From the NCBI RefSeq assembly GCF_000143415.4, contig NW_003314278.1:636371-700370 (forward strand): a stretch of 64,000 nucleotides of DNA. Direction: 5' to 3'. The first letter of the stretch is position 1, and each line of letters begins with the position of its first letter. The notes beneath the pieces are model-generated. The model was not told the DNA's origin. It saw only the letters and a list, made by a program, of their open reading frames with translations, and did not search any database. The stretch is from Selaginella moellendorffii. Taxonomy: Eukaryota > Plantae > Lycopodiophyta. This document shows positions 12,001 to 24,836 of the stretch, one piece after another. A program made the position numbers and the translations under genes.

Positions 12001-12206
12001 GCGGCGGCGGCGATGGAGGCGAAGAACCGGCGACGCCAAAGGCAGCGAAGGCGGTGCAGCCCGAAGAGATCGACTACGAAGGCATTTCATCGCTCTTTGA
12101 CGAGGAAGAAGGCCATGAAGAACAGGAAGAATACGAGGAAGAAGAGGGAGATTTCCAGGAGGAAGAAGGAGACGAAGACGAGGAGGACGAGGAGGAAGAA
12201 GACTAG
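9084..12206 (+). CDS. HAP2: HAP2/GCS1 gamete fusogen (class II fusexin), multi-exon, divergent
   Basis: Signal peptide followed by ISKSDLDVC...CKKKILVTVAIPSG, GFCCTC, AFCLRF, LIGDLGSYTQIP, WMLVDEARVTLTGSACDKIGLS, TNSLITIEIAADNV, STGKIVKVEVPPFEAMS and CPGAFDIGCFI. A TM segment and Cys cluster follow; TAG at 12204-12206. Confidence 0.9.
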
Positions 12207-12301
12207 CAAAAGTTTCAAATTTCAAAATGATTCTTAGAATATTCTTATATAATCCTAGCCATTGGTTTTTAACGGCGGATGTATAATCGCAGTGCAACTA
12301 A

Positions 12302-14401
<2,100 letters not shown>

Positions 14402-14789
14402 TAGGAAGGAGAAGCGACCGGAATTTTTGCTGTGCCGCTCAAGGGTGTGAGTTCCGTTTGATATACTTCTAGTCCTTGACACCGCATTGTACGTTACAGA
14501 CTTAGATTGCAAAGGTTTGCGCAGAGTTTGCTTTTACTGAAAGTTACATCAAATCAACGACAAAATGGGGGGGTTTCGTTAAAGAAAGACACTATCAACA
14601 ACAGGCAAATGACTCCATCCTGCAAAGTTCTGGGTTTGGCCGGTTAATCTTCACTGGTTATCAGCAGGAGAAAAATAATTTTTGGGGGATTAGCAGGAAA
14701 AGAGGAAGCAAGAGGAGGTTCTCTTCTTCGGTTGTGAGACTAGTAACGATCTCAGAAACGAGGCCTTCAATACGAGCAGCGGATGTGAT

Positions 14790-16388
14790 TCAGCAACTCC
14801 AAGTGGAGAGAGCAACCAGGGGCTTGTCGTGCCAACTTAGAAACAGGGAGCCGTGCTGGTTCTCCACCAGAAGCCGGTACCCGTCAGCAGGATAGTGCAA
14901 CCGGAGTAGCAGCTTTGCCTGAGCAATCGCAAAATCGCTGGGTGGTACAAGTTGGAACCCTGCAGCCTCCATGTCTCGTCTCCAATTGCCGAAGCTCTGG
15001 TGCCGGACCACAGCCAAGTTCTCGTCGTCGCCACCTCCGTCCTCGAGGACAATGCCGGATATTTCTTTGGCCAGGACAAGCCGCTCAATCATCAGCCGCT
15101 GGGGACTTCGCGGTGGCAGTGTAGCTTCCAGGGAGTCGAAGACAGCCGCGTAGTGGTCCAGCGTCACCAGGAACCTCTCGAGGAAGCTCTGGCTCAGGTC
15201 GTGCTCCGACTCCTTCTCCGCGACCGTCAGGATCCGGGGGCACAGCGATCTCATAAACTCTAGCGCGTGGGGCAGTGCCGCACGGTGCGCAGCCGGCAGC
15301 AGCTTGTGCAGCTGTGTCATGCAATTGACGACGAGCGCCTCGCCGCGGCGGAGCTCGAGGTGCTGCTGGAGCGAAGCCACGACATGGCGGCTGGTGGTAC
15401 AGACCGCGTCGAATTCGAAGTCGAGATGGAGAGTTCGTGCGAAGTCTCGCAGCCTGGCTCCAGTCTGCTCGAGGAGCGAGATCGAGGGACCGGTGCCGGT
15501 GATTCTCAGCGTCAAAGTGGTGGACGAGGACGAGGACGAGGACGACAACGTTGGTGGCTCCTCGCCGTGAGCTTGACGGCCAACTTCGGAGGATTGCTCT
15601 TCGTGCTCTAGCGAACTTGGCGACGAAGGTGGTGGCTGTTGCTGCTGCTGTTCTTCCTCCTCGAGCTGCTTGAGCCGCCGCCTCTCAACCAGAGCTTGCA
15701 TCAGCGGCGGCCACTGGAGACCCTGCATGATCCCGAGGTCGACAATGTGGACGGCTCGCTCGTTGTCGACGGCTTCCAGGATGGCCTGATTGGCGCTGAG
15801 GTGTGAGAAGCGGATGAAAGGCGTCACCTGGTTAAGAGCGAGATAGGCCTCCTCGGCTCCGCCCGAGTAGTAGAACAAGTCATCCTCGAAAGATGGCGGC
15901 GGCTGGTCCTCCTCGAGCAGGAAGTGGAGGTTGTTCAAGCGGAGTAGCGACCGGATTTCCGAGGCGCAGGGAGCGGACAGCGAGCAGAGGCATCGAGCGA
16001 GCGCAGCGGAGAAGTAGAAGGCGAGGCGCTCGACCGCATCGCCGTGCGGGGAGGCCGCGCGGCTCAGGTGGACGAGGCAGCGGATAGCTCGGTGCCAGTC
16101 GGAGGACGTTACCGCGGCTGCACACTCGACCAGCAACTCCCGCAAGCCACCGTCGTTGTGATGAATCCCAGCTCCGCCGCTGCTGGCTCCGCCTACTCCG
16201 AATCCAAATCCAGTCCCAGCTCCAGCTCCAGTTCCTGTTCCTCCTGTGTGGCCGAGGAATTGCGGCTGCTCCTGGTGGTGATGCTGGTGAGACGATGGTG
16301 GCTGCTGTTGCATCTCATGGAAGACAAGGCAGAGCTGCTTGTTTTGCGACGGTGGCTCTTGGTAGCACAAGAGATGGAAATATTGCAT
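14790..16388 (-). CDS. GRAS transcription factor, LAS/MOC1/SCL18-like, intronless
   Basis: LRELLVECA, AYLALNQVTPFIRFSHLSANQAILEA, VHIVDLGIMQGLQWPPLMQAL, LRITGTG, LDHYAAVFDSLEATLPPRS, FAIAQAKLLLRLHYP.DGY and a terminal STW are characteristic of the LAS subfamily. Confidence 0.88.
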   Translation of the reverse strand: MQYFHLLCYQEPPSQNKQLCLVFHEMQQQPPSSHQHHHQEQPQFLGHTGGTGTGAGAGTGFGFGVGGASSGGAGIHHNDGGLRELLVECAAAVTSSDWHRAIRCLVHLSRAASPHGDAVERLAFYFSAALARCLCSLSAPCASEIRSLLRLNNLHFLLEEDQPPPSFEDDLFYYSGGAEEAYLALNQVTPFIRFSHLSANQAILEAVDNERAVHIVDLGIMQGLQWPPLMQALVERRRLKQLEEEEQQQQQPPPSSPSSLEHEEQSSEVGRQAHGEEPPTLSSSSSSSSTTLTLRITGTGPSISLLEQTGARLRDFARTLHLDFEFDAVCTTSRHVVASLQQHLELRRGEALVVNCMTQLHKLLPAAHRAALPHALEFMRSLCPRILTVAEKESEHDLSQSFLERFLVTLDHYAAVFDSLEATLPPRSPQRLMIERLVLAKEISGIVLEDGGGDDENLAVVRHQSFGNWRRDMEAAGFQLVPPSDFAIAQAKLLLRLHYPADGYRLLVENQHGSLFLSWHDKPLVALSTWSC

Positions 16389-19300
16389 TCCAGCAGCCGC
16401 AGGAACTTTGGGATCTCGAGAAACTTTGCTTCGATCAATGACGCCAGTGACGACGACTAAGAGTTCGTGATGATGGCCAGCGGCCAGCCAGCGTAAGACG
16501 AAGAAGAAGATGAAGCAGAAGGCCTCGAGTTAATGCTTAGAGGAGGAGCAAGAAAAGGAGGAGGACGAGGAGAATTGATGGGCCTGGAGCCTAGAAAGCA
16601 GAGCGGTATCATAGCTACTCACCACCGTGGCAGTAGCAGCAGCTCTTCTTCTCTCGTTTCGCTCATCCTCGTCGACGGCATCGTTCGGACACCACCTTTG
16701 GTCGGGATTGATCTCCGCAACGACGAAGAGACGGTCGATCGATCCCGTCACTCGAGTGACACTGCTGCTGCCAACGTTCCCCAATTCCCGCCGCATCGCA
16801 TCGAATTCGCAGCTCCTCGACTCATGCAAGTAAGAGCTCTCTCTTTTCTTTCTTTCCTGCGTTCGTTCTCCCAACTTCTCGTGTTGGTGGAAGGAGAAAG
16901 TTCGCGAGTAGCCTGGCTTGCAAGGGATATCGGAGATCGCTGGTGGAGTGGCCCCTTGGTTGCTTGGTTCTGTGACCAATCACTCAACCAATCAATCAAT
17001 CAATCAGTCAAGCAATCAATCGCTACCCTGTGGAATTTGGAGCAAAACGAAGGAGAAGAACGAAAAAGGGAGGAAGAGAGAAGGAGAGAAGATCTACCTT
17101 GGCTTTCACGAATAAGCAAACTCTGATGGAATGTTTCACGAATTGGGAGTAGGACACCAACAAGAAGAATCGTCCAAGAGCTCCTCCAAACAAACAGTGA
17201 CTGTGGAGTGATGGGAGTGAGCGAGGAGTAGTAGTAGTAGTAGTGTGGAGGAGGGAATAAAGCTTCCCATTTCCCTATCCATCTTGTCTATCTATGTATG
17301 TATCTCTGTCTAACAAGGTAGTGATTCCGTGAGGCGTGAAACAATGAATGCCAAAAAGAATGAAATATAGGGGGGGATTCTTTCTCGTTGGCATATTCGT
17401 GGCGCGAGAAAAAAAAAGGTGGCATTTTCCTTCCTTTTTTTTTTGAGGGTCACACTTTAAGTGCCAAAGACAAAGCTTTTGTGTCTTTCCAAGCAGGAAT
17501 TCACTTGGGGGGTGAGGGTTAAAAAATTGTTTTACTGGACATTTTTTTAACTAGCTCCTGGTGTTTTGGATTCCAAAGGTGGCTGGCTATACCTTTCACC
17601 TCCATTCCTTAAACAAATAAATGCCCAGAGGGCAGATTTTTTGTTATCAAAATGCCTTTAACAGTTTGCTGGCTAACTGTGTGACACACACATCACATAT
17701 TTACATTTGTCCATACTTGACAATGATCCAAAGCTTTCACGCAAATGTAGAGAAAGAAAAAAAAAAGGTAGAAAATACGTATCGCCTTGAAAACGACGAC
17801 AGGGACGACTACGACCACAAAGGGAATCATTGCCCGATATTGGCCAAGCATATTCCTACCCCGTCCCAGTGGCCGTTGACAAGGAAGCAAAGCACTTGGT
17901 CAGATCAGATTGATTGGCCAAAGAGTATCTCGCGTGTGTGAAGTGTAGACTTTTAATCTAGATTTGGGGTGACGTAACCCAAATGCCTAAGCTAGGCATC
18001 TGTGAGTGAGCCAAAACCTCACACACTATAGAGATGCTTCCTATGTGCATTGAATTGTACAGATTATAGCAAGACAACTACGGCCTAGTCCAAAACTGAG
18101 AGTTTCAATCGATTCGGTTGTCTGGGTCTGATTTAGTTCCAGCCGAGCCAAATCTCACTTAAGCTCCCATCTATAATACGTATCTCCTACAAACCCTAGA
18201 AAACGAGAGCTTGGAGAGGTTCATGCATGCACCCATGATTAATAACTTACTTGATGTGCTCCCCCCACGAGATCAAATCTCTTGTTTGACATTGTTTTCT
18301 CGGAAGTTTCACTGTGACAATTTTTACGGTACGGACAAGCGCAGAGGATATTCTTTTCGCGGGCGCTTCTTTGGGCCAGTGGCGGGTGGCCACCCGCCGC
18401 TGTACGACCTAGGAGGGAATCTCTGTCTGGCCGCGCGGCGGCAGATGCCGATTCCAAAAATGAGTGAACACCAACTGCTATACCGAATCGAATCACACAC
18501 CGTGTGTCTAAAGTTGATTCCATATTGTTTGTAATCGCGCCAGCCAAGCGAGCAAGATTTGAATATATGTGTGATACTATGCAAGATGCCCAGCAAAGAA
18601 AAAAAGGGCCCCTCTATCGCTATTCGAAACTATGACGCTCGTATGATTCTAATACAATAATAAGCTTCTGGGACGAACGAACTAACAAACAATGGGTTGA
18701 TGCATGCGTCACCCTTTGGAAAGAAAGCATAAAAATAAGAGTTTGGCACGACTGAAGCAGATAACCTCGATCTTAAAAACTAGTCCATGCATGTGAGATC
18801 TGGATTAAGTTAGCAGGAAGGAATCTCGGATTTTCTCGGACAAAATAAAATTTTTATTCGATTTGGATCGTTTGCGTGACCATGGATCCAGAGCCAGCGC
18901 TGGCACACAGCCCAAATCCTCGCACAGGAACATATCACCTTTTCAACTATTCTTCCAGAGACTTTCGCGTTGATCCGCCCTTCCAAATATCATCTCGCCC
19001 GGGAGAGTTTCCTCTTTTTAAATTCCCAATCGCCATTCTTTTCCTTTGTTGCTTTGAACGTTCGCAAAGATATTTAAGTTGGGGAGCACTGCAAAAAGAA
19101 GAAAAAGCACTGCACAACATGCTTTGAGTCACGTACAAAGTCCATCGCCGAGCATTATTGGAATAACTTACAGAGATGTGAGAATCTTTTTCTGCGCCCG
19201 ACCGCCCCTCCCGAAGGGTCAAGCGTTGGGCTTTTGCGTTGCTTCGTCTGGAAACTCAAAGTTTGGCCCTTAGACACACAACACAAGAGTATTATAAGAA

Positions 19301-22300
19301 AACGAGGGAGCTTACCTCGCTAAAACCATTGCACTTGACCCTTTTCCTTGTGGAGCTCCGCAAGTTTAGGAGAGAAAACTAATGGCGAGTGTGGTGTGGT
19401 CGGCGGCGGGCAGTAAAAATATATAATGTTGTAGCCGTCTGTCGTTGTTCTGATTCTGTGCCTCAAACCGGAGATTGAGCGAGCTGCATCAAAATAAAAG
19501 CTGGGGGAAGAAAAAGAGTAAGGAACTGACTGACGAAGTTGGCGAATGATAAACTCCCGACTGAAGAAGAATGCAATGCAGAAAAAAGATAAAAGAAAAG
19601 AAACGAACCTGTTGTTGTAAATGCGTAACCTGGTGCAATCTGGTCGCGCGAGTAATGCCGGGGAATGCGAAGTGAAGTAGCAGCAGTGGTAGTAGTAGTA
19701 GTAGTGGTGTGTGTGTCGCTGTGTCTTCCAGTTGGTTTGCTGTGTAAGTTTGGCCATTGAATGCGGCCTCCGGATTGCGATAACTTGATTGGTGCCTCGC
19801 TCTCGAGGCGCAGGGGCCAGTCCAGCGGGTATTAAGTTCCGCCTTGCAGCCATGCCTTTCCGGATGTAGATTGGAAGCCGAGGAATAAAACGATACTCCA
19901 CAAATTGCCTGCCTCTGCAGAAAACAGCCCCGGCCATAATCAGCTGTGGTCCATGAAGGCTCGCGCGACAAATCGTTTGAATGTCTTTGAGCAGCAGCGG
20001 CCCCTGTCTTTGAGTTCGAGTGACATGGATCCAAGGCCAATCCATCCAAACTCTGGGTGACATGCCTTTTTCGCCTTTGTCTCGGTGTCATTGAATATGG
20101 GACGTCAGGAGCGAGCAGCAAGACCTGGAAAAGACAAGAGCGAAAGAAAGAAACAGTGGTTAATTGCGGAATCACAGCGAAAAGAATCTGAGAAGCAAGT
20201 AAAAACTGGTTTATCTTTTCTTTCCCTGCTCTTTTCTCTTTGCCTAGGAACTTACGATGCTGCGTCGTAGCCAGCCAGATACACGGACACATCGTGGCGA
20301 TGGTGATGGCATGTCGGTCACAGGAGCATCTTCTTACAAGTTACGAGAGAGGTTAGCTGGTCGTAAAGTAAAGAGTACCGGAAGAGAATGTACACCGCAG
20401 ACGCAGGCACCACACGAAAAGCAATCGGCAGCTTGTGCGGCCACTCAGCTCTCTCGGCACCAGTAGTAAAACAAAAGCGCCAAAGCAAGTCTCAGTCCCT
20501 CAAGTTTGAGTCTGCGGGAAACAAACAAGCAAACTTCATGAGTGAATGAATCTGTACTAAGCCCCGGCCAGCAATCAGACAAGGGACGATTCCATTTAAT
20601 GGGCACCATAAAGAAAAGCAGATGGGGCTGGTTCAAGCCTGGCCTGTTGTTTCTTTGCTCCTCTGAGCTGGGGCGAATGGGGTGGAGTAAACTCTGGGAT
20701 TGACTATAAACAAAGGCAAAGAGAGAAGAAGAGTAGCAGAAGATTCGAAGTACAGAAGAAAGTGAAATAAAAAGGACGCATATGAGGAGGACAGACCCCA
20801 GACCCCAAGGAAAGTGATACAACCTCCACTTTGCGAAGGCACCATTCTACCGACACCACGCAGGAACAAACAAAATCTGAGCATCGCAAAAAGAAAGACG
20901 GAAAGAAAGAAAAACCCCTGGACTGAGCCGAGAGACAGGACACGAATGATAAAACCCACTCCAACTTACAAGAAAGCTCCAGAGTTTTCCAAATCCCTCC
21001 CAAGCCATCCCTGGAGAGAGATCATGATTAGCAATTGTTTGTAGCAGAAAAGATAATATAAATACCAGATGGTCCTGAAAGCAGCTGCGCCAAGCTTGTC
21101 AAAATCATTTGCGCGGGAGGCTGACGTTCTCAAAAGATGGTGGTGGGTCACGACTTTGGAGCTGTGCATCTGGGCTATAGATCTCCACGTACTTCTTCTA
21201 CGCTCGCTACAGCGTCAGCAGTGATATGCGCTCAAAGACACCGACCCCTTTTAAGTGAAGGCGCCAGGGGGCCGTAGCCACCAAGTTCTAAATGGAGCCA
21301 CCTCTTTTCCTTTTTTTTCGATCCCCACCATCTCCAACCCCACCCCCCTTGAGTTTTGCTCCCATCTGTGGACCAGCAGATGTGTTAGCAGGCGAGAAAG
21401 TGAAAGATAAACAAAACAGAAAACAATGCAAACAAGAGCATAAAATACATACAAGCGGGAGAGAAAGAAAGAGGGACTGAACTCTAAACCCGCACTTGTC
21501 CATTTCATGACACCGAGAAGGTGTAACTCCATGGTCAAGCGGCCCAGACGACTTCTAGACACATTTTAAACAATTTCTCGATACGTAGCTTGCAGAGACG
21601 ATTCCATGACACTACTGGGGATGCATTTCAGAAGCAGTTTCGATATGATGCAGCAAAGCATAGAAGGAAAAAAAAAAAAAACAGAAAAGAAATATATCTA
21701 TCACCATCCAGTCATCCCTTTGGGAATGCCAGCTAAAATATTACTCACCTGAATAAAGACGAGGGAGCTTTGTATGTACCCTCTCTGTTGCTTTCGCCAA
21801 ATTGATTGCCCGAGAATATGCCCACACTCCTGCTGTGAAGCTCCACTTTTGAGCTTAGCTTTTAAGTCAACGAGCCAGAATAGCCCCGCCCTCTCGCATG
21901 GATGGCACTGAAAAACACGTGAATCAGCGCTGGAAAAGAGATGGCGTGCTTGATACTTACAAGCCCAAGCACTCTCTTACTTATGTTCTTTCTCGGCTCA
22001 GCACTTCTGCTGTTAGTCTTCCGATTTTGCGCCTTAATGCGAAAGCAAAGCACGCGACAAGCCCGCCCCTGGTAAGAAAACAAAAAACCGTTTCAAAGTA
22101 TGATCCAAGCAGTAACAGTTCATCGTGCTAGATGCTACGCCCTGACTTTAGGTGCCACATAAAAAGAAAGGATTGCTTGTGAATCTTACCAGCTGGATTT
22201 CATGGACGGACGGACACCTTCAATGCCTCCCTGACACAAAAACACAAAGAGCTCTTTGTGACAAAACAGTGATCCATACATCAATACTTCTTGATAAAAA

Positions 22301-23194
22301 AAAGAGAGAAAGTACCTGTAGCATCTCTCTCGCCTTGTTGCAAAGGTCGTCTTCCAAGTCGTTATCAGCAAATACAGGAGAAAATACCTAAAGCACACGT
22401 AGCGTAAGCCATTGCTATTTGCTAATGAGCAACGACGGACCCTGATAACCAGAACAACGAAGCAAAAGACGCACACTTACTGACTTCCGTGAGTGACGAC
22501 GCTGTGAATGACGCGATCATTGAGTAAGTGCAGTAGCACCGTCAGATAGCAGCTACTAGAGCAGTAGCATACCATTAGTAAGACCACAAACAACAACAAA
22601 AAATAAAATCAGATGTGCACAACAGCACGCCCGTGGAAATTTCAAACCTGGAGGATTTGTTTCTGCTCGCATTGGTACAATAATCAATTCTCGTGTCTAT
22701 ATGCTGCACCTGTACAAACAACCAGTTCGAGCGTCCTTACCAAGACACGAGAAAAGAAAATAAAAAGATTTACCTTTCGAGATGTGAACTGGAACTTCAA
22801 GTAAACCTTTTCAAGCAATAACACCAGAATACTGTACAGCGTGATCCAAATTCCGGAGCAAAGTAGAGGCTCATTGCCGAAACTCGCACTTAATAGTTCT
22901 GGGGTTTCTGGACCAGCTGCAAAAAACGATATCACTTCATCCAGGAAAAAAGAGTTTAGAATGCACACTTACCAATAGAAAGGTAAAGAGCTTTCCAAAG
23001 TTCTGAAATTTTTGAAATCTGGATCCTTCGAAGTCTTCAGATCCTTCACTGTGGACAGGACGATCTTCGCGATTTCTACCGAGGAAGTCCTGCAAAAACA
23101 AAATCTTGACAAGTTGACGAGAAACCTGATTTGATTCACTTTACCTGTGAAGCTAGAAGGTGGTCGCCAACGAAGATGATATCATTGTTTGCAA

Positions 23195-24775
23195 TCACTC
23201 CATCTTCTCGGAATAAATGTTATGGAGCAGCTTGAACGCAGCACAATTCCCTGGATCCAAACCAAGAACACGCTTGGCTGCATTAGCCGCAAGAGAGACG
23301 TCGCCATGGATCTTACACGCCGCCAGCAACGCCTTCCACTCCAAAACACCGTTGAAGCTCATCTTCTTCGCCGCCACCTCGGCCTCCTTCAATCGCCCAG
23401 CTCGACCAAGAACATCTATCAAGCAGCAAAGCTGCTCCTTCATGGGCGTCAAGGCGTGATCGCTCCACATACTCGAGAGATAGTGCAAGCTGCGATCCAA
23501 GTATCCGGCATGGCTGCAAGCGTTTAGAACTCCCGTGAAAGAAACCCGGTCCGGATCCACACCCAGCAACACCATCTCGTGGAAGAGCTCCATGGAATCC
23601 CGGCAGTGCCTAGAGCTTCGCCCACTCTCACAGATAATCGCGTTCCAGGCTACCAATTCCTGCCCAGGCATCATAGCGAACAGCTTCTTGGCCTCTCCAA
23701 TTTCCCCTTTCTGGGCATATGCTACCACCACAGCCGTCCAGGACACAGCATTCCTCTCGCTCATCAAATCAAACACATACCTCGCATGCTCAAGCGAGTC
23801 ATTCTCGCCATAGCCGGCAAGAATTGTGTTCCAGGAAACGAGATCTTTCTCGGGCAATCCCGAAAAGACGCTCTCGGCAGCAGCCATATGCCCGGACCGG
23901 GCATAGACCGCGATCATCGCATTCCAGGCCACCACGCTCCACTCCGGCATCTGATCGAGCAAGCTCCTCGCCTCGTCGATCTTCCCGGCACTGGAATACG
24001 CCGTCATGATCGCCGTCCAGGAGAAAACGCTCCGCTCCGGCATCCTGTCAAAGACGATCTTCGCCTGGCCGAGATGCCCGTTCTGGGCCAAGATCGACAG
24101 CGCCGTGTTCCAGGACACGACGCTCTGCTCGGGCATTCGATCCAGCAGCTCCTCCGCCAGATTCCAGCAGCCGATCGAGGAATACGCCGCGACCATGATG
24201 TTGCACGACACGATCGTGACCTCCGGGAGGCGATCGAACACCGCCTTGGCGCCCGCCACATCCAAAACCCTAGTCAGCCCCGAGAGGAAGATATTCCAAG
24301 ACACGGCATCATGCTCGGGCATCTCCTCGAGCATCCTCCTCGACTGTAGCAGATGCCCATTTTGGGCATATGCTGCCACGACGGCATTCCAGCTCACCAC
24401 ATTCCACATGGGCATCGCGTCAAAAAGCCACTTAGCGTCGTCCACGCGGCCGGCCCGCCCGTATAGCCCAATCATGGACGTCCACGTCACGACGTTGTGC
24501 TCCGGCATGGCCCAGAATGTGCGCTGGGCATCTTCTAGATACCCATTCCGGCCATAGGCTACCATCATCACGCTCCGCGCGAAGAGATCTGGGCGTTGGA
24601 TGCGCTCATAAACCTGGCGGGCCTCGATCACGCTCCCATACTTGCCATAGAGCTCAATTAGCAAGCTGGAGACCTGCCTGGGAGGATGATTCTTAGCAGC
24701 GAGATTGGAGTGGGCTTCTCGGAGCTCCGCGAGATTATTGCAAGACCTCAGTGCTTCGTAGATTTTCCATTCCAT
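23195..24775 (-). CDS. PLS-class PPR protein with tandem ~31-aa (SS-type) motifs and E domain, no DYW
   Basis: Repeated MPExxVVSWxAxxxAYAxxG motifs, then GVDPDRVSFTGVLNACSHAG, CCLIDVLGRAGRLKEAE and WKALLAACKIHGD. First ATG at 24775 (the ORF track starts at a non-ATG codon). Confidence 0.92.
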   Translation of the reverse strand: MEWKIYEALRSCNNLAELREAHSNLAAKNHPPRQVSSLLIELYGKYGSVIEARQVYERIQRPDLFARSVMMVAYGRNGYLEDAQRTFWAMPEHNVVTWTSMIGLYGRAGRVDDAKWLFDAMPMWNVVSWNAVVAAYAQNGHLLQSRRMLEEMPEHDAVSWNIFLSGLTRVLDVAGAKAVFDRLPEVTIVSCNIMVAAYSSIGCWNLAEELLDRMPEQSVVSWNTALSILAQNGHLGQAKIVFDRMPERSVFSWTAIMTAYSSAGKIDEARSLLDQMPEWSVVAWNAMIAVYARSGHMAAAESVFSGLPEKDLVSWNTILAGYGENDSLEHARYVFDLMSERNAVSWTAVVVAYAQKGEIGEAKKLFAMMPGQELVAWNAIICESGRSSRHCRDSMELFHEMVLLGVDPDRVSFTGVLNACSHAGYLDRSLHYLSSMWSDHALTPMKEQLCCLIDVLGRAGRLKEAEVAAKKMSFNGVLEWKALLAACKIHGDVSLAANAAKRVLGLDPGNCAAFKLLHNIYSEKME

Positions 24776-24836
24776 CAAAATCCCCAACCCTCCCACAAAG
24801 CGTTTTGAAAATGTAGGGCTTAGGTGGCTATGTCCA

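Noticed and set aside
16530-17126. 149-aa and 197-aa ORFs upstream of the GRAS gene as genes
   Set aside because: Low-complexity purine/pyrimidine tracts typical of a 5' UTR, with no recognisable domain.
17820-17930. miR171-like precursor (GATATTGGC... / TGATTG...) near a GRAS gene
   Set aside because: Only short partial matches; no full mature miR171 sequence or convincing hairpin.
19320-20292. 247-aa and 267-aa overlapping minus-strand ORFs
   Set aside because: No domain or coding-like composition; they include microsatellite-derived runs.
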